IMG/VR virus record: IMGVR_UViG_3300014836_000320
Coordinates: 22,313 to 86,312 of that record
Reading direction: 5' to 3' (one strand)
DNA from: a virus
Taxonomy: Duplodnaviria; Caudoviricetes
DNA length: 64,000 bases
Shown here: positions 31,441 through 39,796 of the stretch, one piece after another
How positions within the stretch are numbered: position 1 is the stretch's first letter
Layout: the number at the start of each line of letters is the position of its first letter
The notes under the pieces: model-generated
Seen by the model: only the letters and a program-made list of their open reading frames with translations
Database searches by the model: none
What the model was told of the DNA's origin: nothing
Translations under genes and position numbers: made by a program

Positions 31441-32497
31441 GTTCTTTAGTGGCAGTTAAACCACCCTGCTCGTTTTCCCACAAGAATCCCCAGGCATTGT
31501 TGTATCTGGTAATGGTAGGCAAACTAGGCCACTTGGTTTTGTGTAGCAGGTAGTTTTGATTGGGCCAAATATCATAGATCAGTTTCTTTGCTGGTAGTTT
31601 GTAACTGGCCCAAGTATCTCCCAACTTGGGTTCTTTGGTATATAGAGCCCAACGTTGAAATTCTTCTGTATCAAAAAAGTTCACAACCTGACGAGCCATT
31701 GCTACTGCCTGTTCCGCAGTAGGAGCATGCATGCTCATACGATACTTCACAGCCTGCCACTTCATGGTAAAGTTTAACCACCATAGAAAGTCGTGATTGG
31801 AATCTAAAGGTATAGGACAGGCATTGACCAAATTGTAAAGCATTTGTTCACGTTCATCTCTGTGCTCTTTGACTTTGTCTAAGAGCCAAACTAGACTGCC
31901 AGTTGTCCAAGGATTATGGATGTCATTGTAGTTTAGTGTAGAGTCCATGTAACTCTTCAGAGTCAAACTACCAAACAGATTATCAGCACATTCACCAGTG
32001 ACACACAGGTAGCGAGGATTTGACACAATATCATAAAATCTGTTGCTGTTGATCAAGCAATGGCCAAAATTTGGCAATATCACTTGTTTGAAAAAGTCAG
32101 GGTTTTCAATCTGACTGTCTTCGTTGAATGCCAACAGCACATGGTCGCGGATGTCATTCCAATAAGGACTTGCTATAAGGAGACAAACAATCAGCGTGGA
32201 ATCAATGCCACCTGAATACATGATCACCAACTTGTCAAGATTTTCATCTTGTTTGAAGCGAGCAATGATATCGCTCATGCGCTGATTAGCACAGGCTTCA
32301 AATGACATAGCCAACCCTGGACTGGGCATAGGGCTATTGTTGTGGATTTCAATCCCTGGCACATTTAGTGTGCCAGTCCTATCACTTAAACTGATCCAAG
32401 GATTAAACATTCGTAAGAAACTGATTTCTGGTGGATCAATTTCTTGTGCAATGTTGCTGTTGATCAGACGGTGTGGAATATAATAGAGTAAATTCAT
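31430..32497 (-). CDS. PP-loop ATPase, asparagine-synthetase-like
   Basis: IMYSGGIDST and VTGECADNLFG; start at TAATG overlap. Confidence 0.7.
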   Translation of the reverse strand: MNLLYYIPHRLINSNIAQEIDPPEISFLRMFNPWISLSDRTGTLNVPGIEIHNNSPMPSPGLAMSFEACANQRMSDIIARFKQDENLDKLVIMYSGGIDSTLIVCLLIASPYWNDIRDHVLLAFNEDSQIENPDFFKQVILPNFGHCLINSNRFYDIVSNPRYLCVTGECADNLFGSLTLKSYMDSTLNYNDIHNPWTTGSLVWLLDKVKEHRDEREQMLYNLVNACPIPLDSNHDFLWWLNFTMKWQAVKYRMSMHAPTAEQAVAMARQVVNFFDTEEFQRWALYTKEPKLGDTWASYKLPAKKLIYDIWPNQNYLLHKTKWPSLPTITRYNNAWGFLWENEQGGLTATKELSP

Positions 32498-33123
32498 TAC
32501 ATTAACATACTCAAAAATGCATCTTCGTCCATAGCGGCTCTTGCCTGGGCAAATTCTATTTTGTTTGAGGCACAACGAATAGCCTCTTGATGCTTGATAC
32601 GCAGGTATTCAAGTTTTCTAATCATGTCTTGTTGATTCATTGATTTGACAGTGATCATCCTGGCAGCAACTTCTAGGTCAAGCCCTGCGGCATCAGCATA
32701 ATCTTGAATGAATCCAATGCTTTCAGGATCACGAATACCTCCCAGCACAGACCAAGCCTGTTGTGTTTTGTATTGATAGGCTTCTTGTTGCCACGGCACC
32801 ACATCAGCGAATCGTTTGTAACCGTGAGCAATACGCTGATGAAGTTCACCAACTAAACTTACTCTGGCTCGTAGGATCTGACTGAGTTCTTCAATCTCTG
32901 TGGGTTTCTTGGCACCAATCAATGATGTGTTTCTGGGCCCAGAAAATTTAATTTTAAAGTCAACATTGTTGTTTTTGAGTTGCTGGTATTCAACATCGTC
33001 GACACCATAAATTCTACAGATGGCTCTGAATTCGCTACCGCAGGCACTTTCCAACAAAGACAAACTTTCGTGCCAGGCCAAAACATAGTTGTCGGCCGTG
33101 CAGGCCAATGCTATCCAATTCAT
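32497..33123 (-). CDS. Hypothetical protein; C-terminus resembles tail-fibre assembly proteins
   Basis: WQQEAYQYKTQQA..YADAAGLDLEVAARMITVK. Confidence 0.45.
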   Translation of the reverse strand: MNWIALACTADNYVLAWHESLSLLESACGSEFRAICRIYGVDDVEYQQLKNNNVDFKIKFSGPRNTSLIGAKKPTEIEELSQILRARVSLVGELHQRIAHGYKRFADVVPWQQEAYQYKTQQAWSVLGGIRDPESIGFIQDYADAAGLDLEVAARMITVKSMNQQDMIRKLEYLRIKHQEAIRCASNKIEFAQARAAMDEDAFLSMLM

Positions 33124-33171
33124 TTCTTCACCTTAGTTGTGAAATATATAGTCAATGTTATTTGACAGATT

Positions 33172-33705
33172 TTACCGACCAAATATATCTGGAGTGAATC
33201 TAGCACTCAACATCAATCGGCGGTGCTCGCGAGATTGATTGATCACTTGGTGTGGTATATCAACGCGGACTACAGTAGGACGATCTACTATAACGGATTT
33301 AATGACTCTGGGTTCTTCTTGCCAGTTCAGTTTTAGATACTTTAGTCCTTGTCCATTGGCAGTTTCGTCAAGATTAAATTTGCCACCATACCAAAGCATT
33401 TCACCCACTTCGGTGATTGGCAAATTCAATGCCCAATTGCTGGCTCCAATTCTTTGAGCAGTGAAACCATCAACATGGAGTTCCTGAATGTTTTCAGGCG
33501 ACTGTGCAAACACAATGGCACTTTTGATTTCATGATCGTGGCCTGTGATTTTCTTGACCTGATTGCAAAGCATAGAACCAACCCAAGCCAACTCTTCGTT
33601 TTTGAGAATATAAGATTTTTGGCCATCGACGTCCGGCATCAAGTGCTGGAAACGAACTTTGATCATGGGCCAGGTTACAATGTCAACGTGTTTGTATAAA
33701 AGCAT
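33172..33705 (-). CDS. 2OG-Fe(II) dioxygenase-like protein
   Basis: ELHVDG..WALNLP..VRVDIPHQV..RLMLSARF. Confidence 0.55.
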   Translation of the reverse strand: MLLYKHVDIVTWPMIKVRFQHLMPDVDGQKSYILKNEELAWVGSMLCNQVKKITGHDHEIKSAIVFAQSPENIQELHVDGFTAQRIGASNWALNLPITEVGEMLWYGGKFNLDETANGQGLKYLKLNWQEEPRVIKSVIVDRPTVVRVDIPHQVINQSREHRRLMLSARFTPDIFGR

Positions 33706-33710
33706 GTTTT

Positions 33711-33752
33711 TATTTAGTCGTGGTCAACAATCATATTATGAGCATATAAATA
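33711..33752. promoter_or_regulatory. Divergent pair of late promoter cores: TAAATA (-, 33711-33716) and TATAAATA (+, 33745-33752)
   Basis: Each lies 5 nt from an ATG (33705 on -, 33758 on +). Confidence 0.6.
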
Positions 33753-33757
33753 CCTGG

Positions 33758-34228
33758 ATGGAGAGTTTAATGGAACATATCGTAGTCTTTTTTGCATGGA
33801 CACTTTATCTATATGTCATACACAGAGCGATTCACGCAGTTGGAGTAAAATATTTTCCAATAGCGTTCCAGGCGCATGCAGACCATCATAGATACATCAA
33901 CACACATGCTAAAACCACCTGGCATTGGAACAATTTGTTTTTGTTCAATGATACCTGGATGAGCACACTTGACTTATGGATTACTGAAGTAATACCCACC
34001 TTGATCTTTAGTTGGATAACTGGCTACTGGTGGGTCAGCGTATTCTACTACTTCTGGGCGGCATTTGTTCAAGAGATAATTGAACACAATCCAGACTTTG
34101 ACATGTATCCTGTGCTTACAAGTGGAAAGTGGCATCTGGTTCATCACCGAGATACCACTGTCAACTTTGGCCTGTTTGTTCCACTATGGGATAGGCTATT
34201 TGGAACCTATCGCCGTCATGTTGGTTGA
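33758..34228 (+). CDS. Sterol desaturase / fatty-acid hydroxylase family membrane protein
   Basis: HRAIH, HADHH, EHN, HLVHH, NFGLFVPLWDRLFGT; alternative start at 33770. Confidence 0.85.
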   Translation: MESLMEHIVVFFAWTLYLYVIHRAIHAVGVKYFPIAFQAHADHHRYINTHAKTTWHWNNLFLFNDTWMSTLDLWITEVIPTLIFSWITGYWWVSVFYYFWAAFVQEIIEHNPDFDMYPVLTSGKWHLVHHRDTTVNFGLFVPLWDRLFGTYRRHVG

Positions 34229-34941
34229 GTTTCAAACCTTTTAGAACTTCCTGAGCGTTCAACCCAATCGTAAAAACTGTTGATTGATTTCTTGGGATTA
34301 TCTATTTCGTGCTCAATGACAACAGGCCAAATTTCAAACCAATGTCGAGTCACTAGACCTTTGCTGGCGCCATATGCGGCATTGGTTGGATGAAATTTTA
34401 GTTTAATGATGTTGCCAGGCATCACGTAACTTTGGCTGGGTCCATTGATAACACCGTGTGCATCTAAGTTTGCCCATGCATGCTCAATGGCATTGATAAA
34501 CTCTGGCACTTTGAACTCTTGGAACAACTTCCATTGACCGCCAATGTATTTCCAAACACTCATAACAACGTGTCTGCCTTTGTAACTTAAAGTATCAATG
34601 AAGATAGTGTCTTCTTCCACTGGCAAGTTTAGGTAAGAACTTTTGCGTTTATCAATGTATCCGGGTATGTTGACATTACATAGTGCAATCTGGTCATTGA
34701 TAGATTCTAAAAATTTGTGGCCTTCTTGATCCCACGCCACAGCAGACATAATTTTTAAACTGCGGTCCCACTCTTCTTTGGCCAAATCAATGATTCTAAC
34801 ATTTGAAAGATCTGCCGGAACTGTGCCAGACTCTAGTGTTCGTCCATTGGTCAACAGCACAGCAACTTCAGAGTTTTTGACTTTAAATGCAGGAATAATT
34901 CTAGTGGCTATTTCTGATGGATTGATAAAAAGAATTTTCAC
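34216..34941 (-). CDS. Hypothetical protein, possibly a degenerate ATP-grasp fold
   Basis: IDTLSYKGRHVVMSVWKY and GVINGPSQSYV; GTG start. Confidence 0.35.
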   Translation of the reverse strand: MKILFINPSEIATRIIPAFKVKNSEVAVLLTNGRTLESGTVPADLSNVRIIDLAKEEWDRSLKIMSAVAWDQEGHKFLESINDQIALCNVNIPGYIDKRKSSYLNLPVEEDTIFIDTLSYKGRHVVMSVWKYIGGQWKLFQEFKVPEFINAIEHAWANLDAHGVINGPSQSYVMPGNIIKLKFHPTNAAYGASKGLVTRHWFEIWPVVIEHEIDNPKKSINSFYDWVERSGSSKRFETQPT

Positions 34942-34945
34942 AATT

Positions 34946-35260
34946 TTACTCTTGATTGAAATGTGTGGCTAACAGGGCACCTACGAATCTCGTAACTCTG
35001 GTTTTGATCAGTTCGCTGTTCATCATTACTTCAAAATCAACAATGCGATCTAGGTATTGTTCTAACTGCTTAATGCCTAATACTTCCTTGCTGGTTTTAA
35101 TTTCACTTAACTCTGCTTGCTTAAACATAAGTTCTGTTCCGTCGTCTAGATAAACTTTGATCCAATCAATGTATTCTACAGGCACTTCCTCTACATGGAT
35201 TTCTCTCAGCATATCTTCAAAACTACGATCCTTTTTCCTAATACTCATCCTTTGCTCCAA
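34946..35260 (-). CDS. Hypothetical protein
   Basis: 104-aa ORF in operon. Confidence 0.55.
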   Translation of the reverse strand: MEQRMSIRKKDRSFEDMLREIHVEEVPVEYIDWIKVYLDDGTELMFKQAELSEIKTSKEVLGIKQLEQYLDRIVDFEVMMNSELIKTRVTRFVGALLATHFNQE

Positions 35261-35291
35261 AAAGACCGCAACCTAAAACTCCATCGTTCTA

Positions 35292-35891
35292 TTAGGCCGC
35301 GGTTGTCACTTTTGATGGTCTCCCGCGGCCGCGCTTTGCGGGTTCGTCGGGGACCGTTACTAAGTTTGGGACTGCTTGGTCCTTTGGGTCAAGTTTTTCT
35401 GCCTCCTCACGCAGACGTTTGGCTTCGGCTTCAAATGTTCGCGCCTGAGACCTAAACTTGTCAGCAATTTGCTTGTCAGACAACACACCTGGTGGGTTTT
35501 TGCTTTCAGCAAGAGCCTGTGCTTCTTTTGGTGCTTGGTTGATTAAACGCAATTGTGAATTTAATTCAGCCAGGTTAATTGAAACACTGGGTTGCGGAGT
35601 CATCATAACTGATTTAGTTGTGACTTTTACCAGCCAACCATTTTGATGTAGTGTGTTCAGCATGTTGGTGCCGTCTTTGAACTTTTGTCTAAACAAAAAC
35701 TCACTGACTTCTGTGCTTTCTTGAGCGGTTGTGCTTTCAATAGCGGCTATGAGGTCGTCGTGGAATTGTGTTGGTAATGCTTCGGTCAAGACGATCAATG
35801 CATTTTCAGCGTCGCCTGGAACTTCTCGAAAAACCACAATACACTTCTTACCTTTGCCATCAACACCAACGTGTTTAATAAATTTTGGCAT
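35292..35891 (-). CDS. Hypothetical protein with coiled coil and C-terminal AT-hook-like motif
   Basis: KRGRGRPSK; AGGAGG ribosome site. Confidence 0.65.
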   Translation of the reverse strand: MPKFIKHVGVDGKGKKCIVVFREVPGDAENALIVLTEALPTQFHDDLIAAIESTTAQESTEVSEFLFRQKFKDGTNMLNTLHQNGWLVKVTTKSVMMTPQPSVSINLAELNSQLRLINQAPKEAQALAESKNPPGVLSDKQIADKFRSQARTFEAEAKRLREEAEKLDPKDQAVPNLVTVPDEPAKRGRGRPSKVTTAA

Positions 35892-35906
35892 AATGCCTCC
35901 TTATGT

Positions 35907-36146
35907 TTAGTTTGTGCCGTCAACAGGTGTTGTATCGCCGGTTTCGGTAACTTCTGCACCCTCGCCACCTTCGGTAGTTTCGTCGGCGGCAGGTGCTGGG
36001 GGTTCTGCACTCTTGATAAAGGTAGTCAACTTGTCGTAGACATCACCAATGATCTTCATCTCATTGGCACGAAAAGCGCCGCGCTGGGCGCCAAGTTCGA
36101 TAGCGCCTGCGGCTACCTTAAGATCTTGAAGGACTAGTCCTTGCAT
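35907..36146 (-). CDS. Small hypothetical protein with acidic tail
   Basis: AGGAG before MQGLVL; TATAAGTA late-like motif at 36197-36204. Confidence 0.6.
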   Translation of the reverse strand: MQGLVLQDLKVAAGAIELGAQRGAFRANEMKIIGDVYDKLTTFIKSAEPPAPAADETTEGGEGAEVTETGDTTPVDGTN

Positions 36147-36240
36147 TTTAGTTCTCCTGTTTTGGATTATGGACATGTCACTATGTCCTCGGAGATACTT
36201 ATAGTCGCAAAGACTCGGGGTGTTGGCCATTGCGGCCAAA

Positions 36241-36267
36241 AATAAAGCGCACCTGGTGCGCTTTATT
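36241..36267 (-). terminator. Intrinsic terminator
   Basis: Perfect 12-bp inverted repeat AATAAAGCGCAC/GTGCGCTTTATT, T-run on the - strand. Confidence 0.8.
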
Positions 36268-36733
36268 CTACCAAGTTACTCCAAACCCATCCTGTAATGG
36301 ATTCGTCATCTGGTGATCCTTTTTGTATTATTTTTATATGGTGCCACCCGTCTCGTGTTTCAAGTATCTCAACTGTAGATCCTTCATACAGCACAGACAT
36401 GATTGGGTAACCCATTCCTGGACCAGTGCGTAGATTTGAATCTACAGAAATTTTACCAACTGCGGTATACTCGCGTTCTGTGGGGTTAACCATCGATTCA
36501 ATTTGTGCTGGTGTTGGTGTTGTTGCCATCGTCACAGATTTGACAACTTTTAATTCAATGGGCTCAACATCTTTCTTGACAGGAAGAGGTCTATGATTCT
36601 GGCAAGTGCTGATTCCGGGTTTATAAAACCAAACACAATTGTAAAAAAAGGAACCAACGTGGATGGAAGTCAGTAGCACAAATGCAAATGTCAAACAGGT
36701 GACAAAAAAAGGACTGTGCCCAAAACTAAGCAT
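36263..36733 (-). CDS. Membrane-anchored bacterial SH3 (SH3b) domain protein
   Basis: N-terminal hydrophobic helix; SNLRTGPG..GSTVEILETRDGWHHI..GWV. Confidence 0.75.
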   Translation of the reverse strand: MLSFGHSPFFVTCLTFAFVLLTSIHVGSFFYNCVWFYKPGISTCQNHRPLPVKKDVEPIELKVVKSVTMATTPTPAQIESMVNPTEREYTAVGKISVDSNLRTGPGMGYPIMSVLYEGSTVEILETRDGWHHIKIIQKGSPDDESITGWVWSNLVE

Positions 36734-36900
36734 CAATGTGCAACCATTTTTGGTAGATAAGGAACGGAACGAACTCCGTGTAGTTGTTGCAGGAGTTCAC
36801 GAGCCTGCTGGGCAGATTCGGCCATGACTCTGACTGTTTTTTCTTCTCCACCTGGTCCAGGTTGTCGGACTGTGGTTTCAAACATTTTTAAGTTTTTCAT
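36733..36900 (-). CDS. 55-aa small protein absent from the ORF track (MKNLKMFETTVRQPG...)
   Basis: Manual translation; TGATG coupling to the SH3b gene. Confidence 0.6.
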   Translation of the reverse strand: MKNLKMFETTVRQPGPGGEEKTVRVMAESAQQARELLQQLHGVRSVPYLPKMVAH

Positions 36901-36914
36901 TCTAGTATCATAAT

Positions 36915-37131
36915 AAAGTGCTCTGCGAACCCCGGTGGTAATTATACCGCATCAAGCGCCAGGAACCCCCAACACCATCACGCACGGCCTCCACCCACTC
37001 CCCGACGGGTTCCGTTAACGCATTGCCAGCGGCCTTTCGGTTCAAAGACTACCACCCGTGGCTATCACACCACTTCTCATCCTGCGGGTCACAGTATCTG
37101 CTGATTAGGCAGAACGTTCATTGCCAACTAG
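36915..37131 (-). ncRNA. Candidate structured non-coding RNA, about 200 nt, family unrecognised
   Basis: No ORF; 106/180 G+C over 36921-37100; nested long-range helices with G-U pairs on the - strand; GAAA tetraloop. Confidence 0.7.
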
Positions 37132-38337
37132 TTACCTACGATTGGCAGGCACATAATTGGCAGTAATGCCAAACGGTGCAGTGATATCTCTGCTACCATG
37201 CACAACAAACAAGGTATCGCAGTAGTCTGGATCACCCCAACTACCACAAGGATAGCCGTCTGTGAACATCACCAACTGGTGCGGATGGACTTCATTGTCC
37301 TTCATCCACTGCCATACACATTCAAATGCAGTTCCACCACCGCCTTGAATAGGATATTCGCTCATGTCGCGGCCATCATCGCTGGTGAATTCGTCTTCGT
37401 TGTAGACGCTGGTATCAAAGGTAATGATACGAACCTTGTAAGACGTAAACTGATCCAGCGAGCCTTGCACCATGCCCAAGAAGTCTGACAGCATGTCCTC
37501 GCCAATGGATCCAGAAGCGTCTAATGCAACCACAATGTCAAGTTCCTCGCCAGGCAGTTGACCGGGCAAGACTGCACCAGTGTGCCAGGCCTTACGATTA
37601 GGACGCATCCAGGTGTAGTCGCTTTTGAGCGAACCACTGAACTGAATACGAAGCAGATCCTTCAAGTCCATTACAGGTGCAGTAATGTCTTTGACCAAAC
37701 GCTGGATATCGCCTGGCACATTGCCGGCACCTGCATTCTTTGCGGCCTGAAGCACAGCCTCACGCCATTCGTCACGCAAGGCCTTCTTTTCTTCTTCAGT
37801 CAACGGCTTCATCTTAGGACGGCCCTTGCCATCCTTGCTGTCAGTGCCGTCGCCGTCACCTTCATCTTCACCGTCCCCATCAGGGTCCATGTGCATGTCC
37901 AAGGTCATCTTAATTTCTACAGCATTGGCCATGAGTTCGTCATAGACTTCGTCTGCGGTCTTGCCAGTGTATTTAGAGTCCAACAAGATTGGCACCGCTT
38001 GAATAGCACGGCCAATACCTTCACGGACCAACATGCCGTTGATCACATAGTCGCCAGCCATGTTCCAGACCTGCGGATTACGATCACCGCGGCGTGACAT
38101 GTGATCAAAAATAATGTGGCCAAGTTCGTGGCCAAAGCCAAAAATTAGTTCTTGCTCGTCAAGTTTTTGGATGAAGTCGGAATTGTAATAAAAAGACCTG
38201 CCGTCGGTGGCCAATGTAGGACACCAATCGCATTCTTCTAGTTTGAGTCGGGCGGCCAAAGGACCCCAGAAAGGATACTTCAGTAGCATAGCGACACGAG
38301 TCTTAATCAACTTATCGCGGGCGGACATCTTTGACAT
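37132..38337 (-). CDS. Metallopeptidase-like (HExxH) plus VWA domain protein, MoxR partner
   Basis: HELGH; acidic linker; VALDASGS MIDAS motif; AGGAG before MSKMS. Confidence 0.8.
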   Translation of the reverse strand: MSKMSARDKLIKTRVAMLLKYPFWGPLAARLKLEECDWCPTLATDGRSFYYNSDFIQKLDEQELIFGFGHELGHIIFDHMSRRGDRNPQVWNMAGDYVINGMLVREGIGRAIQAVPILLDSKYTGKTADEVYDELMANAVEIKMTLDMHMDPDGDGEDEGDGDGTDSKDGKGRPKMKPLTEEEKKALRDEWREAVLQAAKNAGAGNVPGDIQRLVKDITAPVMDLKDLLRIQFSGSLKSDYTWMRPNRKAWHTGAVLPGQLPGEELDIVVALDASGSIGEDMLSDFLGMVQGSLDQFTSYKVRIITFDTSVYNEDEFTSDDGRDMSEYPIQGGGGTAFECVWQWMKDNEVHPHQLVMFTDGYPCGSWGDPDYCDTLFVVHGSRDITAPFGITANYVPANRR

Positions 38338-38368
38338 GGTGGCTCCTATGTTTTCAGCGTATGTATCT

Positions 38369-38397
38369 ATTATAGTGCAATTTTGGATTAAGGTCAA
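38369..38397 (-). promoter_or_regulatory. sigma70 promoter
   Basis: TTGACC-N17-TATAAT. Confidence 0.75.
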
Positions 38398-38402
38398 CCA
38401 TT

Positions 38403-38690
38403 TTATTTTGGCCCACACAAGTCCCAAAGCATGGCAACTTGTGGGTCTCTGAACCAAATGGTTTTGCGTGGCACATAGTCCCAATCCAATCTTTTTAGGC
38501 CTTGATTTCTGGCCCACTCGGTAACTTCACGGATCGCTTGGCTCTGCCATGGGCGGGCAGACCAGCCCTTCCTTTGTTCGCGGAGCCACTCGCTGACATC
38601 GGATGGTGTTGGAGGCCGGTCTGCCCACTGACTGTGAACGTCTGGCCCATACAATTGCTCTACTATGGGCCATGGGCGTTCTCTATGCAT
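38403..38690 (-). CDS. Trp-rich hypothetical protein
   Basis: 95-aa ORF filling the gap between the AAA and VWA genes. Confidence 0.5.
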   Translation of the reverse strand: MHRERPWPIVEQLYGPDVHSQWADRPPTPSDVSEWLREQRKGWSARPWQSQAIREVTEWARNQGLKRLDWDYVPRKTIWFRDPQVAMLWDLCGPK

Positions 38691-38692
38691 AC

Positions 38693-39796
38693 TTACTCAT
38701 CTGTAAGCAGGTTGGCATACCGCTTGAAGAAATCAGGGAAGTTCTTCATCTTCTTGCGGTCAAATACCACCTTGTAATTCTTGAGCACGGTGTGAGCACC
38801 CATGATAACCATCTCGGGTTCAAAGTTCGCCATCATAAAGCCCAGCCAGTTATCGGCACTTTCATTGAACGTGTCAATCTTGCCAGAACGTTTGGCGTCT
38901 TCGTAGCGGCTACGAAGTTCGTAGCACAGGCTAGTGACCAGAGCGTAGCCTGCGGACACTTCCTTGGCACGGAACTCCTTGACCTTACCATTGAGCACAT
39001 CTGACGGGTCGGGCAAGTCTGCGGCATGCTTACGATGGGCCATAAACTTAATTGCCATACCTTCACCTACCAGACCAGCCACCATATCGGTGTTGGAAGA
39101 GTCAGGCAGGTTGTCATCCAGCATGTCAGACACGAAACTCCAGGTGCGCGGAGTAGCAAAGGCGCGGTCGTGTTGCACCGGATCAAAATTGTAGAGGTCG
39201 CCCTTGAACTGCTTCAGGAAACCCACCACATGCGGATGGATCTCATGGCCAAGAGCCCAGTGCTCCCAGTCTTCAAAGTCCACACGGATTTCCAAGTGCA
39301 TGAAGCGGTTAGCCAGTGGGCTAGGCATACGATAGGTAACACCCTTATCGCCCATACGGTTACCTGCGGCAATGATCACTACATTGTTGGGCAGAGTATA
39401 CTGGCCTACTTTGCGGTTGAGCACCAACTGATAGGCCGCGGCCTGAACAGCCGGCGGAGCAGAGTTCAACTCGTCCAAGAACAGGAACACAATGTCGTGT
39501 TCTTGTGCAAATTCTTTGCTGGGCAATTCTGAAGGGGTAGCCCACTTCATGGTATTGTCGCCTTGACTGTAGTAAGGCACACCTTTAATGTCTGTGGGAT
39601 CCATAAGGGCCATACGCAAGTCAATTACAGTAGAGTTAGGAAACTCACTGGCAACCTGGTTCACCATGTCGGACTTGCCAACACCGGGAGGACCCCAAAC
39701 AAATACCGGGCGGCGTTTTGCAACGGCACGGCGAAGAATAGGTTTGCACTCGCTAATCTTAACGGTGCGGGTTTCAACTTGACTACGATTTCCCAT
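38693..39796 (-). CDS. MoxR-like AAA+ ATPase
   Basis: GPPGVGKS, FLFLDE, AAGNR, PLANRF, TPRTW. Confidence 0.9.
   Translation of the reverse strand: MGNRSQVETRTVKISECKPILRRAVAKRRPVFVWGPPGVGKSDMVNQVASEFPNSTVIDLRMALMDPTDIKGVPYYSQGDNTMKWATPSELPSKEFAQEHDIVFLFLDELNSAPPAVQAAAYQLVLNRKVGQYTLPNNVVIIAAGNRMGDKGVTYRMPSPLANRFMHLEIRVDFEDWEHWALGHEIHPHVVGFLKQFKGDLYNFDPVQHDRAFATPRTWSFVSDMLDDNLPDSSNTDMVAGLVGEGMAIKFMAHRKHAADLPDPSDVLNGKVKEFRAKEVSAGYALVTSLCYELRSRYEDAKRSGKIDTFNESADNWLGFMMANFEPEMVIMGAHTVLKNYKVVFDRKKMKNFPDFFKRYANLLTDE

Noticed and set aside
27205-32497. Calling either SGGxDS protein QueC
   Set aside because: The motif is not N-terminal and there is no C-terminal Zn-binding Cys cluster
36915-37131. 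tRNA, tmRNA, RNase P, hammerhead or Y RNA identity for the structured region
   Set aside because: No T-loop/CCA, no RNase P conserved regions, no CUGAUGA/GAAA core; the neighbouring VWA protein is not a TROVE/Ro60 protein
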